DNA of 64,000 bases from Bacteroidales bacterium (GTDB lineage: Bacteria > Bacteroidota > Bacteroidia > Bacteroidales > ML635J-15), in NCBI GenBank assembly GCA_027858835.1, contig JAQIBY010000040.1, positions 2,382 through 66,381 of the forward strand, written 5' to 3'. The notes beneath the pieces are model-generated. The model saw only the letters and a program-made list of their open reading frames with translations, was not told where the DNA came from and did no database searches. Position numbers and translations under genes: made by a program. Positions 16,773 through 26,405 of this stretch are shown here, one piece after another (within the stretch, counting starts at the first letter, position 1; every line of letters starts with the position of its first letter).

Positions 16773-19700
16773 TTACCGGATTAGCGTAAAACTTCCGGAT
16801 TTTGTGTAGGTGTTCCCGTAATAGTCGTCGAACTCAAGATACCAGCCATAAACGCCTTCAGGTGAGTTGACATGATTTGTTGTGCCGTTCCAGCCCTCTT
16901 CAATATCATCCGTTACAAAAAGGACTTCGCCCCAGCGGTTGTAAATTTCGAGATGATATGACTCAACATCAATTCCTGTAACATGTATGCTGTAAAATTC
17001 ATTCAATTCATCGAAATTCGGTGTAAATGCAGTTGGAGCATAAATCATAACTTCTCCTGACACCGTCATGTTTACCATAGCTGTATCAATACACCCGAAG
17101 AGTGATTCTGCCGTTAACATTACTGTGTATTTTCCTGGTTGTCCGAATGAATGTTGAGGATTTTCAACATCTGTGATGCCACCATCACCGAAATTCCACT
17201 CATAGAAATAAGCTCCGTCTGTGTAATTTGTGAAATGCACCAAGGGGTTGGTTAGCAGTACATTTGTTTTTGATGCTTCAAATTGCGCATCAGGTTTTGG
17301 ATGAACGGTAATTGCAATGGTGCTGTCTCTGCGACATCCCTCGGTAGATTCAACCATCAGATTTACATGATAGGTTGTTGCACTATGGAATGTGTGTGTA
17401 GGTTGTTTGTCAAATGACAGATTTTCCACGTCACCGTCATCAAAATTCCAAATATAGCGTTGTCCGATATGTGGACTCCCTTCATTAAAGTTTACTGTTA
17501 ATGGTTGGCATCCTTCTGTTACATCTGCATTAATTAATGTTTGAGGTAATGGATAAGCATAAATAGGATACTCAATATAAATACTGTCAAAATGGCAAGC
17601 ATCCCAAGCGGTAAATGCGAACACAGAATCTGTCCATGGGTGAACATATATCATATCGCCTGCAATCAGGCTATCGCCCATATATAATTCGTATGGTTGT
17701 CCTCCGCTACCTCGTAAATTAAAATCAAATTGAACTTCCTCATAAGGACAAACAGTATCTCGATTTGCTGTTAAATTGAATTCAAGAGAGTCTAAAACGG
17801 TTACAGTAAAATATGATGTGTCAGACATACAATTGATTGAATCTAATACAAACGCTCCATATTCTGTGGTTCCTTCGGGAGCAACTTCAATGGTTTCTCC
17901 TGATAGCCCGTGATGTGTCCAGAAAACATCATAAGGAGGAACTCCACCTGTAATCATACTGTATCCGATTGTTGTTGTTTGTCCCCAACATATGGTTTGA
18001 TCATCCAATGTAAGTAAAGACAGCGGTTCCGGTTGATTTACAGAGTCTGAAATTGTAAAATGGCAATAATGGTCGTCAGTAATTGTTACTGAATAATAGC
18101 CGGCACCAACACCAATTTGATCTTCTTGCCAGGAGCCGTTGTTCCACTCATAGTGATATGGTGGTGTTCCACCAAATGCTGTAATTTCTACAGAGCCATC
18201 TGTGTAATTTCCACAAGATGCATCGGTTGCTGTGATATTTGCGCCTAATGGTGCATCAGGTTGTATTACCTGGACGGTATCCCATGCAACGCAATTGTGA
18301 TTATCTGTAACGGTAACCGCATAAATTCCGGGAGGTAAGGAGTCGATGCTTTGACCAATTTGACCGTTTGACCATGTATAAAAATATGGCTCGGTGCCTC
18401 CGAAAACATTTACGCTTGCATAACCATTGGCTTCACCAAAACATCTTACATCTTCATGTTCAATTGTTGCTGTTAAAGGGAAGTCGGGTTGGTCAATTTG
18501 CACATATGCATAGGTTTGACAGTCATTAATATCTGTAACTGTTACAATGTAGATTCCTGCTGGGATATCTTCCAAATCTTCAGTTGTATCTCCATTATTC
18601 CATTGATAGCTATATGGAGGCGTGCCACCGTTTGCCGTTAAATTAATGTATCCGTTACTATCTCCAAAACAAGAGACATCGTTACTATGAATATTTGCAA
18701 CAAGTGGTTCTGGTTCAATAATTACCATGGTATGCGAAATGTCGCACCCATTAGCATCAGTAATTGTTAGTGAGTAATCGCCTGCCGGGATATTTAATAA
18801 ATCTTGTGTGTGCATGCCATTGTCCCACTCATAGTAATATGGAGGTGTTCCACCTGCCGGAGTAACATCAAGTTCTCCGTCGTATCCACCATGGCAAGAA
18901 ACATTGACAAATGTGTAAGTCATTGTGAGTGGGGCATCTGGTTCATCCACAAACACAGAATCTTCATAAGTACAGCCTACAGAGTCAGTAACCGTAACAT
19001 AATGCCATCCGGCATAAACGTTCACTGGGTTTTGGTCATCGCTGTTGACAGGCTCCCACCAATAGGTATGAGAACCGGCTCCGCCTCCTGAGTTTACATA
19101 AAGGTTTCCGGTTGCTTCTCCGTGACATAGTACATCATCAGCATAAGTGCTTGCCCACATGGGTGGATAAAGATTTGATATATTCATCTCTCCAAAAACT
19201 TCACATCCATAGACATCGCTTACGGTAACGTAATAATACCCTGCCGGAACTGTTATGCTGTCAATAGGAGAAATGTGAGTGTTTATCATCCCGTTGGAAT
19301 ACTCAAAAGTATATGGACCGGTTGAGTTGAGCGCAGTAATAGTAACAACGCCAGATGTGTCTCCAAAACAAAGAATGTCGTTTCCGTCAATTTCAAAATC
19401 CAATTCCGGTAATGGTATAATATTTACCATGTCATGGATTGTGTCATCATCTTCATAAAAACCGTCCATTTCCCAAGTTTGATCAAACCAGTTGATAGGA
19501 ATGTATCCCAAGGGGACAGAGCCTTCCAATAATGGTCCAATTTCGAATGGTCCGATGGTAATGTCTTTTTCGCCATTTTTTGAATCGTACATGGCAACAT
19601 AATCATCCTTAGCGAGATAATCGCTCAAGTCAATTTCCGGGGTTGAATATGCAGGGGATGTAATATTTGTGAAAACTTGTTCTCCGGTTTTCGGGTCGGT

Positions 19701-21068
19701 GTATGAAATGGGAATGTCGAAATTGGGAATTTCATTCGATTTGAAAGGGGTTTCCAGAACAATTGTAATGGATGCGTAAACTACTGAATACAAGAAATCG
19801 AAGGTTAAAGAATCCCATGTGTGATTTGCAAACGTCGGACTAATGTCATACTCTACCGAGATATCCATGGAATCCCAGTCGAAACAAGGATAAGTAAAAT
19901 TCAAATCGTTATTTACTTCAAATGTGATGGTATCAGCATTTCCGGCAGCAATTAATGCATTTCCGGCATTTGGATCGGTTTCAGTGTATGGTACGGATAG
20001 TGGGAAGCCTAGTGTTGCCCAAATGGTTGGACAAAATGAGAATTCCTGTGTCATCCAGCTATTCATATCAAAGGAAATTTGCAGGATATAATAATCGATT
20101 ATTGCAGTTACTGGGCTAACATCGTAGGTTATTGTGCCACCGTCGATAATATCAATCACACTGGCAATTGCCGGACCTGCTGGTGGAGGAATGAGATTTG
20201 CAATCGCACTTAAGAATGTTAAAATATTAAGGTTGAAATGAATCCAATTATCTTGTCCGTATGCTTCAAGACATTGGGTGGTAGGATCAAGCCAGTCGTC
20301 CGTTTCTACGTATGGAAGATCTATCTCTCCGGTGAGACCGATGCCAAACCAGTCGGGTATAATAATTGGTAAGATATCATCTTCACAAAATGCGGGAAGT
20401 CCGGTGACTGGGTCTAAACATGGATAAACGACTTCTCCAGTTTCACCATTGAGATAAAATACTGCAATAGAATCATGGGGAAGAGGTTGTCCTGGGATTG
20501 GTTCTGAAGGAATGTTAAAGCTGGGTATGAGTGGAATAGTGGTTGTTCCAAATAATTCAACGACTAAATCCATATGTAATCCAAGTCCGAACTCTAAGTC
20601 TAATGCAATCACTCCGGCAGTTGGGAAATGTGAATCAAGATACCATCCGTCTAGCACATCGTACCATGAGTTGATTGTAATGGTTTCTCCCGGATCAAAG
20701 CCGTAATCATCTGGAAAATCGAGTGTGATATCAACGGGATAATTAATGTCTATGCTGCCAAGTGTAAATCCATGAATACTAAAGGTTGAACGAATTACTC
20801 CCCAGAAACCGTAGTCAAACCCCATGCCAAAGGTTTCTCCGAAGATGGTTGTGTAAGCACCAACATTGTCTGATTCATTCCATTCAATGTCAATGATATC
20901 AAAATCAAAATCCAAACTGAATGAGCCTCCCGGTCCCCACATATCCTGATCGTGAGTCTCATATATAATGTTGTGAATTAATACATTGGTGGGGTCTTGT
21001 GCCTTGGCTTTATGCAGCCCTGACAATCCAATGATTAATAATGCGATTATGATAATTCGTTGTTTCAT
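16773..21068 (-). CDS. Large secreted adhesin-like protein with SprB-type repeats, PKD-like domains and T9SS type-B (gliding-motility-associated) C-terminal domain
   Basis: 1431 aa with a signal peptide. It has at least 6 repeats of the C.G...G...V...GGT.PY.Y.W.NG pattern, and PKD-like segments (NFNEGSPHIGQRYIWNFDDGD, YEWNFGDGG). The C-terminus is YAPTAFTPNFDELNEF...IYNRWGEVLF...GWNG...GVYGWYLEF...GSFTLIR. Confidence 0.85.
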   Translation of the reverse strand: MKQRIIIIALLIIGLSGLHKAKAQDPTNVLIHNIIYETHDQDMWGPGGSFSLDFDFDIIDIEWNESDNVGAYTTIFGETFGMGFDYGFWGVIRSTFSIHGFTLGSIDINYPVDITLDFPDDYGFDPGETITINSWYDVLDGWYLDSHFPTAGVIALDLEFGLGLHMDLVVELFGTTTIPLIPSFNIPSEPIPGQPLPHDSIAVFYLNGETGEVVYPCLDPVTGLPAFCEDDILPIIIPDWFGIGLTGEIDLPYVETDDWLDPTTQCLEAYGQDNWIHFNLNILTFLSAIANLIPPPAGPAIASVIDIIDGGTITYDVSPVTAIIDYYILQISFDMNSWMTQEFSFCPTIWATLGFPLSVPYTETDPNAGNALIAAGNADTITFEVNNDLNFTYPCFDWDSMDISVEYDISPTFANHTWDSLTFDFLYSVVYASITIVLETPFKSNEIPNFDIPISYTDPKTGEQVFTNITSPAYSTPEIDLSDYLAKDDYVAMYDSKNGEKDITIGPFEIGPLLEGSVPLGYIPINWFDQTWEMDGFYEDDDTIHDMVNIIPLPELDFEIDGNDILCFGDTSGVVTITALNSTGPYTFEYSNGMINTHISPIDSITVPAGYYYVTVSDVYGCEVFGEMNISNLYPPMWASTYADDVLCHGEATGNLYVNSGGGAGSHTYWWEPVNSDDQNPVNVYAGWHYVTVTDSVGCTYEDSVFVDEPDAPLTMTYTFVNVSCHGGYDGELDVTPAGGTPPYYYEWDNGMHTQDLLNIPAGDYSLTITDANGCDISHTMVIIEPEPLVANIHSNDVSCFGDSNGYINLTANGGTPPYSYQWNNGDTTEDLEDIPAGIYIVTVTDINDCQTYAYVQIDQPDFPLTATIEHEDVRCFGEANGYASVNVFGGTEPYFYTWSNGQIGQSIDSLPPGIYAVTVTDNHNCVAWDTVQVIQPDAPLGANITATDASCGNYTDGSVEITAFGGTPPYHYEWNNGSWQEDQIGVGAGYYSVTITDDHYCHFTISDSVNQPEPLSLLTLDDQTICWGQTTTIGYSMITGGVPPYDVFWTHHGLSGETIEVAPEGTTEYGAFVLDSINCMSDTSYFTVTVLDSLEFNLTANRDTVCPYEEVQFDFNLRGSGGQPYELYMGDSLIAGDMIYVHPWTDSVFAFTAWDACHFDSIYIEYPIYAYPLPQTLINADVTEGCQPLTVNFNEGSPHIGQRYIWNFDDGDVENLSFDKQPTHTFHSATTYHVNLMVESTEGCRRDSTIAITVHPKPDAQFEASKTNVLLTNPLVHFTNYTDGAYFYEWNFGDGGITDVENPQHSFGQPGKYTVMLTAESLFGCIDTAMVNMTVSGEVMIYAPTAFTPNFDELNEFYSIHVTGIDVESYHLEIYNRWGEVLFVTDDIEEGWNGTTNHVNSPEGVYGWYLEFDDYYGNTYTKSGSFTLIR

Positions 21069-21073
21069 GGTAA

Positions 21074-21619
21074 CTAGATTATATCCGCAGACATTAGACT
21101 ATTTATAATTGGTTTAATTACTGTTTTTTTTACCATTACCGGGTAATTTGCATTAATCCAAATGGTATTATGATAATCTCCGGCAAACAGCATAATTCGC
21201 TCGTAAGGAACTCCCTTTGCATCAAAACTTACTGTATAAAGTACGCCGCTAATTCCGGATTTTAATTCTACCTCTTCACGATTGATAAATTTTACCCCCT
21301 GCGATGCAAAATGCTCTGGGGTCATCGCACGATCAATAACTGGCCAACTTGTCCCTTTCACTTCTTTAATTTGCATACTTGCACTGGTTCCCGGGTGAAT
21401 ATATCCCGGAATCTCTTTTGCAAAAATAAAGTGCTCAGGGGGTATAATTGCAATGTCAAAACCGGGAACGGTATCAACTAATTGCTTATCATACGGAATT
21501 TCTTCAATATTCCGTATGAAATAATCACTTAATTCAGGACTTGAATCACGCACCTGTTCCTGCGCAAACATCAGTCCTGATAGTGCTAATAGCAAGCCTA
21601 TTACAATTCCTTTTTTCAT
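21074..21619 (-). CDS. Hypothetical secreted protein
   Basis: The track ORF starts at 21658. The internal ATG at 21619 gives MKKGIVIGLLLALSGLMFAQ (signal peptide). It ends 5 nt upstream of the large T9SS gene. Confidence 0.6.
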   Translation of the reverse strand: MKKGIVIGLLLALSGLMFAQEQVRDSSPELSDYFIRNIEEIPYDKQLVDTVPGFDIAIIPPEHFIFAKEIPGYIHPGTSASMQIKEVKGTSWPVIDRAMTPEHFASQGVKFINREEVELKSGISGVLYTVSFDAKGVPYERIMLFAGDYHNTIWINANYPVMVKKTVIKPIINSLMSADII

Positions 21620-21743
21620 AACTATACCCCAACGCTCTAAACTACAAAAAATATTCAATATCTACAAGTCTGATTTTTAGACGAGCAAATTAATAAAAGG
21701 TTGTCTTGAAAAAAGGGAAATTTGAGATGTTTTGACGTTTTAA

Positions 21744-22427
21744 TTATTCCTTGATATCTGCATTTTCATTGGTGCTTACAGATATTTCTTCAGAATCTTC
21801 ATCATTGGTATTGTTAACGGGTTGTTTAGGGAAAGCTTTTTTGTAAAAAAGGATCAAGAAAATCACCCCGGAAGTAATGGCTGCATCGGCAATATTGAAA
21901 ATTGCTCCGAAAAAAGTAAAATATCTTCCTCCGATTACCGGAAACCAATCAGGATAGCTACCACTAAAAATCGGGAAATAAAACATGTCAACTACTCTTC
22001 CGTGTAGAAACGTTCCGTAGCCTCCCTCTTCGGGCATAAAACTTGCCACTTGATGTAAACTGTCATTAAATATTAAACCGTAAAAAGCGGAATCAATGAG
22101 ATTTCCCATTGCGCCTGCCAGAATCATGCTAAGCGCAATAACAAAATACATGTTTTCTTTTTTCTTCAGTGAATGGATTAAATACCAAAACATGCCTCCA
22201 ATGGCAACAATACGGAATAAGCTAAGTAATAATTTGCCGAAATTTCCTCCGAATTCCATGCCAAAAGCCATGCCGGGATTTTCTGTGAAATGGATAATGA
22301 ACCAATCCGTAATTCGGACTTCTTCACCGAGCATGAAGCTGGTTTTAATATGAAATTTTAATACTTGATCAATAATCAGTATTAAAAGAATGATTCCGAA
22401 TGCTATATAACTCCGCTTATTTTTCAC
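21744..22427 (-). CDS. lspA: Lipoprotein signal peptidase (signal peptidase II)
   Basis: 227 aa with DQVLK, NPGMAFG, GNLIDS, VVDMF and FNIADAAI motifs, plus an acidic C-terminal tail. Confidence 0.9.
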   Translation of the reverse strand: MKNKRSYIAFGIILLILIIDQVLKFHIKTSFMLGEEVRITDWFIIHFTENPGMAFGMEFGGNFGKLLLSLFRIVAIGGMFWYLIHSLKKKENMYFVIALSMILAGAMGNLIDSAFYGLIFNDSLHQVASFMPEEGGYGTFLHGRVVDMFYFPIFSGSYPDWFPVIGGRYFTFFGAIFNIADAAITSGVIFLILFYKKAFPKQPVNNTNDEDSEEISVSTNENADIKE

Positions 22428-22489
22428 GCGCTAAAAATAGTAAAATTCCCATAAATGAACACTGTCAGTTATGGGAATTTGCTTTACAT

Positions 22490-22879
22490 TTATTTTTGAT
22501 TGTTTTTCGCTTCAATGCTGAGCGTTGCATGAGGAACTGCTCTCAGTCGTTCTTTTGAAATCAGTTTCCCGCTTTCTCGGCAAACACCGTATGTTCCGTT
22601 CTCAATACGTACCAAGGCTGCATTCAGGTGTTGAATGAACTTTGCCTGTCGTTGTGCTAGCCTTCCGGCTTCTTCTTTTGACAAAACAGTTGCACCTTCT
22701 TCTAATACTTTAAAAGTTGGTGAAGTGTCAGCAGTGTCATTTGAATCATCATTGTTTAATGCGGATTTGTACAAATCGTAATCGCGCTTTGCTTTTTCAA
22801 GTTTTTTAACAATGATTTCCCGGAATTCCGGAAGTTCATCTTTCCCGTATCGTTTATTATTGCTCGTTTTGTTTTCCAT
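22490..22879 (-). CDS. DksA/TraR-family regulator (Cys-poor variant)
   Basis: 129 aa. A coiled-coil region is followed by ENGTYGVCRESGKLISKERLRAVPHATLSIEAK. Only one of the four canonical zinc-finger Cys positions is retained. Confidence 0.8.
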   Translation of the reverse strand: MENKTSNNKRYGKDELPEFREIIVKKLEKAKRDYDLYKSALNNDDSNDTADTSPTFKVLEEGATVLSKEEAGRLAQRQAKFIQHLNAALVRIENGTYGVCRESGKLISKERLRAVPHATLSIEAKNNQK

Positions 22880-22896
22880 AGTGCTTTTAGTTAAAG

Positions 22897-25800
22897 TTAG
22901 ATTCGTTCAATAAACAATTTCGTTTCGAAATTATCCAATTTTACGTCATCTGCCCCGTTTTGTTCCAGTTTTTTCAAACTTTTTATTGACAAACCCAAAG
23001 TTTGTGCACAAATATACTCGCCGTGAAGCTCGATAACCTTTTCTATTTCAGGGTTTGATTGCAATGATATATTTATTTTATCCGTCACGTCAAACCCATT
23101 ATCTTTTCTCAGATTTTGAATGCGATTTATTAACTCGCGGGCAATTCCTTCTTGTTTAAGTACTTCGGAAATCTGAATATCCAGTGCAACGGTCAGCTGG
23201 CCTTGATTGCTGACTAACCATCCGGGAATGTCTTCCGAAATAATTTCAACATCCTCAAGACTGAGCTTTACTTCAGTGTCACTCACCACCATTTCATGCA
23301 CTCCACTTTGCTCAAAGGCAGCAATCTCAGTTTGTGACATGCCCATAATCGCCGGAGCAACTTGTTTCATGATTTTACCGTATCTTGGTCCTAATGTTTT
23401 AAAGTTTGGTTTAATTTTTTTAACCAAAACGCCAGAATCATCATTAAGATATTCAACTTCTTTAATATTAGTTTCCGTACGGATGATTTCTTCAACTTTT
23501 TCTAATTGTGATTGCATGGCTTTGTCGCGCACCGGAATCATGATTTTCTGTAATGGTTGACGCACTTTAATATTGACTTTTCGCCGCAAAGCCAAAATCA
23601 TGCTGGATATGCTTTGTGCCATGTGCATCCGCTCTTCTAATTCGGCATCAATCAGGTTTTTATCCCATTTCGGGAAATCTTCGTGATGTACAGATTCCTG
23701 ATATTTATTCTGTGTGAGATCAGAGTATAACAGGTCGCTGTAAAACGGAGCAATCGGACTCATGAGTTTTGATATCTCAAGTAAACACGTGTATAAGGTT
23801 TGATATGCTGAAATTTTGTCATCATCCATATTTCCACCCCAATAGCGTTTCCTTCCAAGACGAACATACCAATTACTCAAATGGTCATTTACATATGATT
23901 GAATCAATCGACCTGCACGTGTCGGTTCGTAATTTTCCATTGCAAGCTCAACATCACGGATTAATGAGTTTAATTGTGAGATGATCCATTCGTCGAGAAT
24001 GGGCTTGTCTTTAATCACTTTGTGCTTGTCGGGGTCGAAACCGTCGATATTTGCGTATAGCGCAAAGAAATTATAAGTATTGTATAGAGTGCCGAAAAAT
24101 TTCCGTTTTACCTCTTCAACGCCTTTTATGTCAAATTTTAGATTGTCCCAAGGCTGAGCATTAGTTGTCATATACCAACGTAGTGCATCTGCACCGTGTG
24201 CATCCATGGTTTCAAACGGATTGACTGCATTCCCGAGGCGTTTTGACATTTTATTGCCATGTTTATCAAGTACAAGCCCGTTGGAAATAATATTTTTAAA
24301 GGCAACATCATCGCTAATCATACAGGCAATGGCATGCAAAGTGAAAAACCAGCCGCGGGTTTGATCAACGCCTTCAGCAATGAAGTCGGCAGGAATTTTC
24401 TCATCGAAATTTTCGCTGTTTTCAAATGGATAATGCCATTGTGCGTAAGGCATAGCGCCGGAATCAAACCAGACATCAATTAAGTCGGGCTCACGATGTA
24501 ATGCTTGTCCGTCTTTCCCTTTTAACACAATACGGTCAACGTATGGGCGGTGCAAATCTAATTTCTCGTAATTGGCTTTTGAATAATCGCCGGGAACAAA
24601 ATCTTTGTAGGGATTTTCTTCCATTAACCCGGCTTCAATTGCCATGTCTATTTCTTTCACTAAATCTTCAGCAGAGCCGATACATTTGCGTTCACTGCCG
24701 TCTTCTGAGCTCCATATAGGTAAGGGAGTTCCCCAGTATCTTGAGCGACTTAAATTCCAGTCAACCAGATTTTCCAACCATTTGCCAAAGCGTCCTTCGC
24801 CGGTGCTTTTCGGTTTCCAGTTAATCGTATTATTCAGCTCCAGCATTCGATCCTTAATGGCTGTTGTTTTGATGAACCAAGAGTCCATTGGGTAATAAAG
24901 AACAGGTTTGTCGGTGCGCCAGCAATGCGGATAATTATGTTCGTGTTTTTCGACACGGAATGCTAAATCGTTTTTCTTTAACATAACAGCGATATCAACA
25001 TCCAAAGAAGGGTCTTTTTCGCTGAGATTTTCATCGTAGTCATTTTTAACAAATCGACCTGCATATTCCGCGTAGGAGTCGTCAATATATTGTTTGACAA
25101 ATGCATTGTCTAAGGATTCAAGAGTGAAAAAACGCCCTCTTCTATCCACCATGGGAACACGATTGTCTTCTTTATCAATTAACACAAGTGGAGGAATTCC
25201 TGCTTTTTTAGCAACGCGATCATCATCTGCACCGAAAGTCGGGGCAATATGCACAATTCCGGTACCGTCTTCTGTTGTCACATAATCTGCATCAATAACC
25301 TGGAATGCCTCTTTCATAGGGAGTACCCAGGGAATTAATTGTTCGTAGGTTATCCCAACAAGTTCTTTTCCTTTAAATTCCTTTACGGGAACCCAAGGAA
25401 TTTTTTTACTGCCGGGTTTAAATTCTGCAAAATCACCGTTTTCATCTTCAGCATTAAAATATGCACTGATACGGTCTTTCGCAAGCAAAACATTTGCTGG
25501 GTTTCCTGAATACGGATTTAAGGTTTTAACTAAAACATAGGGAATTTCCGAACCGACAGCTAATGCAGTATTCGAGGGTAATGTCCAGGGAGTTGTTGTC
25601 CATGCCAACAGATAGAGCGGTGCATTTGCTGGCTCTAAGATTTTTGCATTTTCAGGACGTTGAGGTACGTGAAACATTCCGACAACCGTAGTGTCCTTCA
25701 CATCGCGATAACAACCCGGCTGATTCAATTCGTGTGTGCTGAGTCCGGTGCCGGCTGCGGGGGAAAATGGCTGAATGGTATATCCTTTATAAATAAGCCC

Positions 25801-26313
25801 TTTATCAAACATGGTTTTTAATAAATTCCACAGGGTTTCAATGTATCGATTATCATAGGTAATGTAAGGGTCATCCATATTTACCCAGTATCCCATTTGG
25901 CGTGTAAGTTTTTCCCACATGTCTGTATATTTCATGACTTCCTCGCGACATGTTTGATTGTATTTTTCAACGCTTATTGATTTTCCGATATCCTCTTTCG
26001 TGATTCCCAAGGTTTTCTCAACGGAAAGTTCTACCGGAAGCCCGTGGGTATCCCAACCGGCTTTACGATTAACTTGAAATCCTTTGAGTGTTTTGTAGCG
26101 ACAAATGCTGTCTTTAATTCCCCTTGCCATGACATGGTGAATGCCGGGTTTTCCGTTGGCAGATGGTGGCCCTTCATGAAATATAAAGCGTGGTTTTCCT
26201 TCTCTGATTTCAAGCGATTTTTCAAAGCTTTTTTCTTTATCCCATTTCTGTTCTACGTCACGATTGATTTTTGACAAATCAAGTGTTTGATATTCAGGAA
26301 ATCGTTTCTGCAT
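22897..26313 (-). CDS. ileS: Isoleucine--tRNA ligase (long, type-2-like)
   Basis: HIGH-type motif (PSANGKPGIHHV) and KMSKS (KMSKRLGN). The track start at 26340 is TTG. The ATG at 26313 (MQKRFPEYQ...) lies downstream of the predicted promoter. Confidence 0.95.
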   Translation of the reverse strand: MQKRFPEYQTLDLSKINRDVEQKWDKEKSFEKSLEIREGKPRFIFHEGPPSANGKPGIHHVMARGIKDSICRYKTLKGFQVNRKAGWDTHGLPVELSVEKTLGITKEDIGKSISVEKYNQTCREEVMKYTDMWEKLTRQMGYWVNMDDPYITYDNRYIETLWNLLKTMFDKGLIYKGYTIQPFSPAAGTGLSTHELNQPGCYRDVKDTTVVGMFHVPQRPENAKILEPANAPLYLLAWTTTPWTLPSNTALAVGSEIPYVLVKTLNPYSGNPANVLLAKDRISAYFNAEDENGDFAEFKPGSKKIPWVPVKEFKGKELVGITYEQLIPWVLPMKEAFQVIDADYVTTEDGTGIVHIAPTFGADDDRVAKKAGIPPLVLIDKEDNRVPMVDRRGRFFTLESLDNAFVKQYIDDSYAEYAGRFVKNDYDENLSEKDPSLDVDIAVMLKKNDLAFRVEKHEHNYPHCWRTDKPVLYYPMDSWFIKTTAIKDRMLELNNTINWKPKSTGEGRFGKWLENLVDWNLSRSRYWGTPLPIWSSEDGSERKCIGSAEDLVKEIDMAIEAGLMEENPYKDFVPGDYSKANYEKLDLHRPYVDRIVLKGKDGQALHREPDLIDVWFDSGAMPYAQWHYPFENSENFDEKIPADFIAEGVDQTRGWFFTLHAIACMISDDVAFKNIISNGLVLDKHGNKMSKRLGNAVNPFETMDAHGADALRWYMTTNAQPWDNLKFDIKGVEEVKRKFFGTLYNTYNFFALYANIDGFDPDKHKVIKDKPILDEWIISQLNSLIRDVELAMENYEPTRAGRLIQSYVNDHLSNWYVRLGRKRYWGGNMDDDKISAYQTLYTCLLEISKLMSPIAPFYSDLLYSDLTQNKYQESVHHEDFPKWDKNLIDAELEERMHMAQSISSMILALRRKVNIKVRQPLQKIMIPVRDKAMQSQLEKVEEIIRTETNIKEVEYLNDDSGVLVKKIKPNFKTLGPRYGKIMKQVAPAIMGMSQTEIAAFEQSGVHEMVVSDTEVKLSLEDVEIISEDIPGWLVSNQGQLTVALDIQISEVLKQEGIARELINRIQNLRKDNGFDVTDKINISLQSNPEIEKVIELHGEYICAQTLGLSIKSLKKLEQNGADDVKLDNFETKLFIERI

Positions 26314-26344
26314 TTGTTCTAGTTTTTCAAAAATTAACAATTTG

Positions 26345-26352
26345 CAAATATA
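26345..26352 (-). promoter_or_regulatory. -7 promoter box (TATATTTG) upstream of ileS
   Basis: The reverse strand reads TATATTTG, 32 nt upstream of the ATG at 26313 and overlapping the position of the TTG start in the track. Confidence 0.4.
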
Positions 26353-26405
26353 CTGCCTGAAACTGTAGTATGCAAATATGAAAATCGGTGTTTTGAGGAG
26401 AAATT

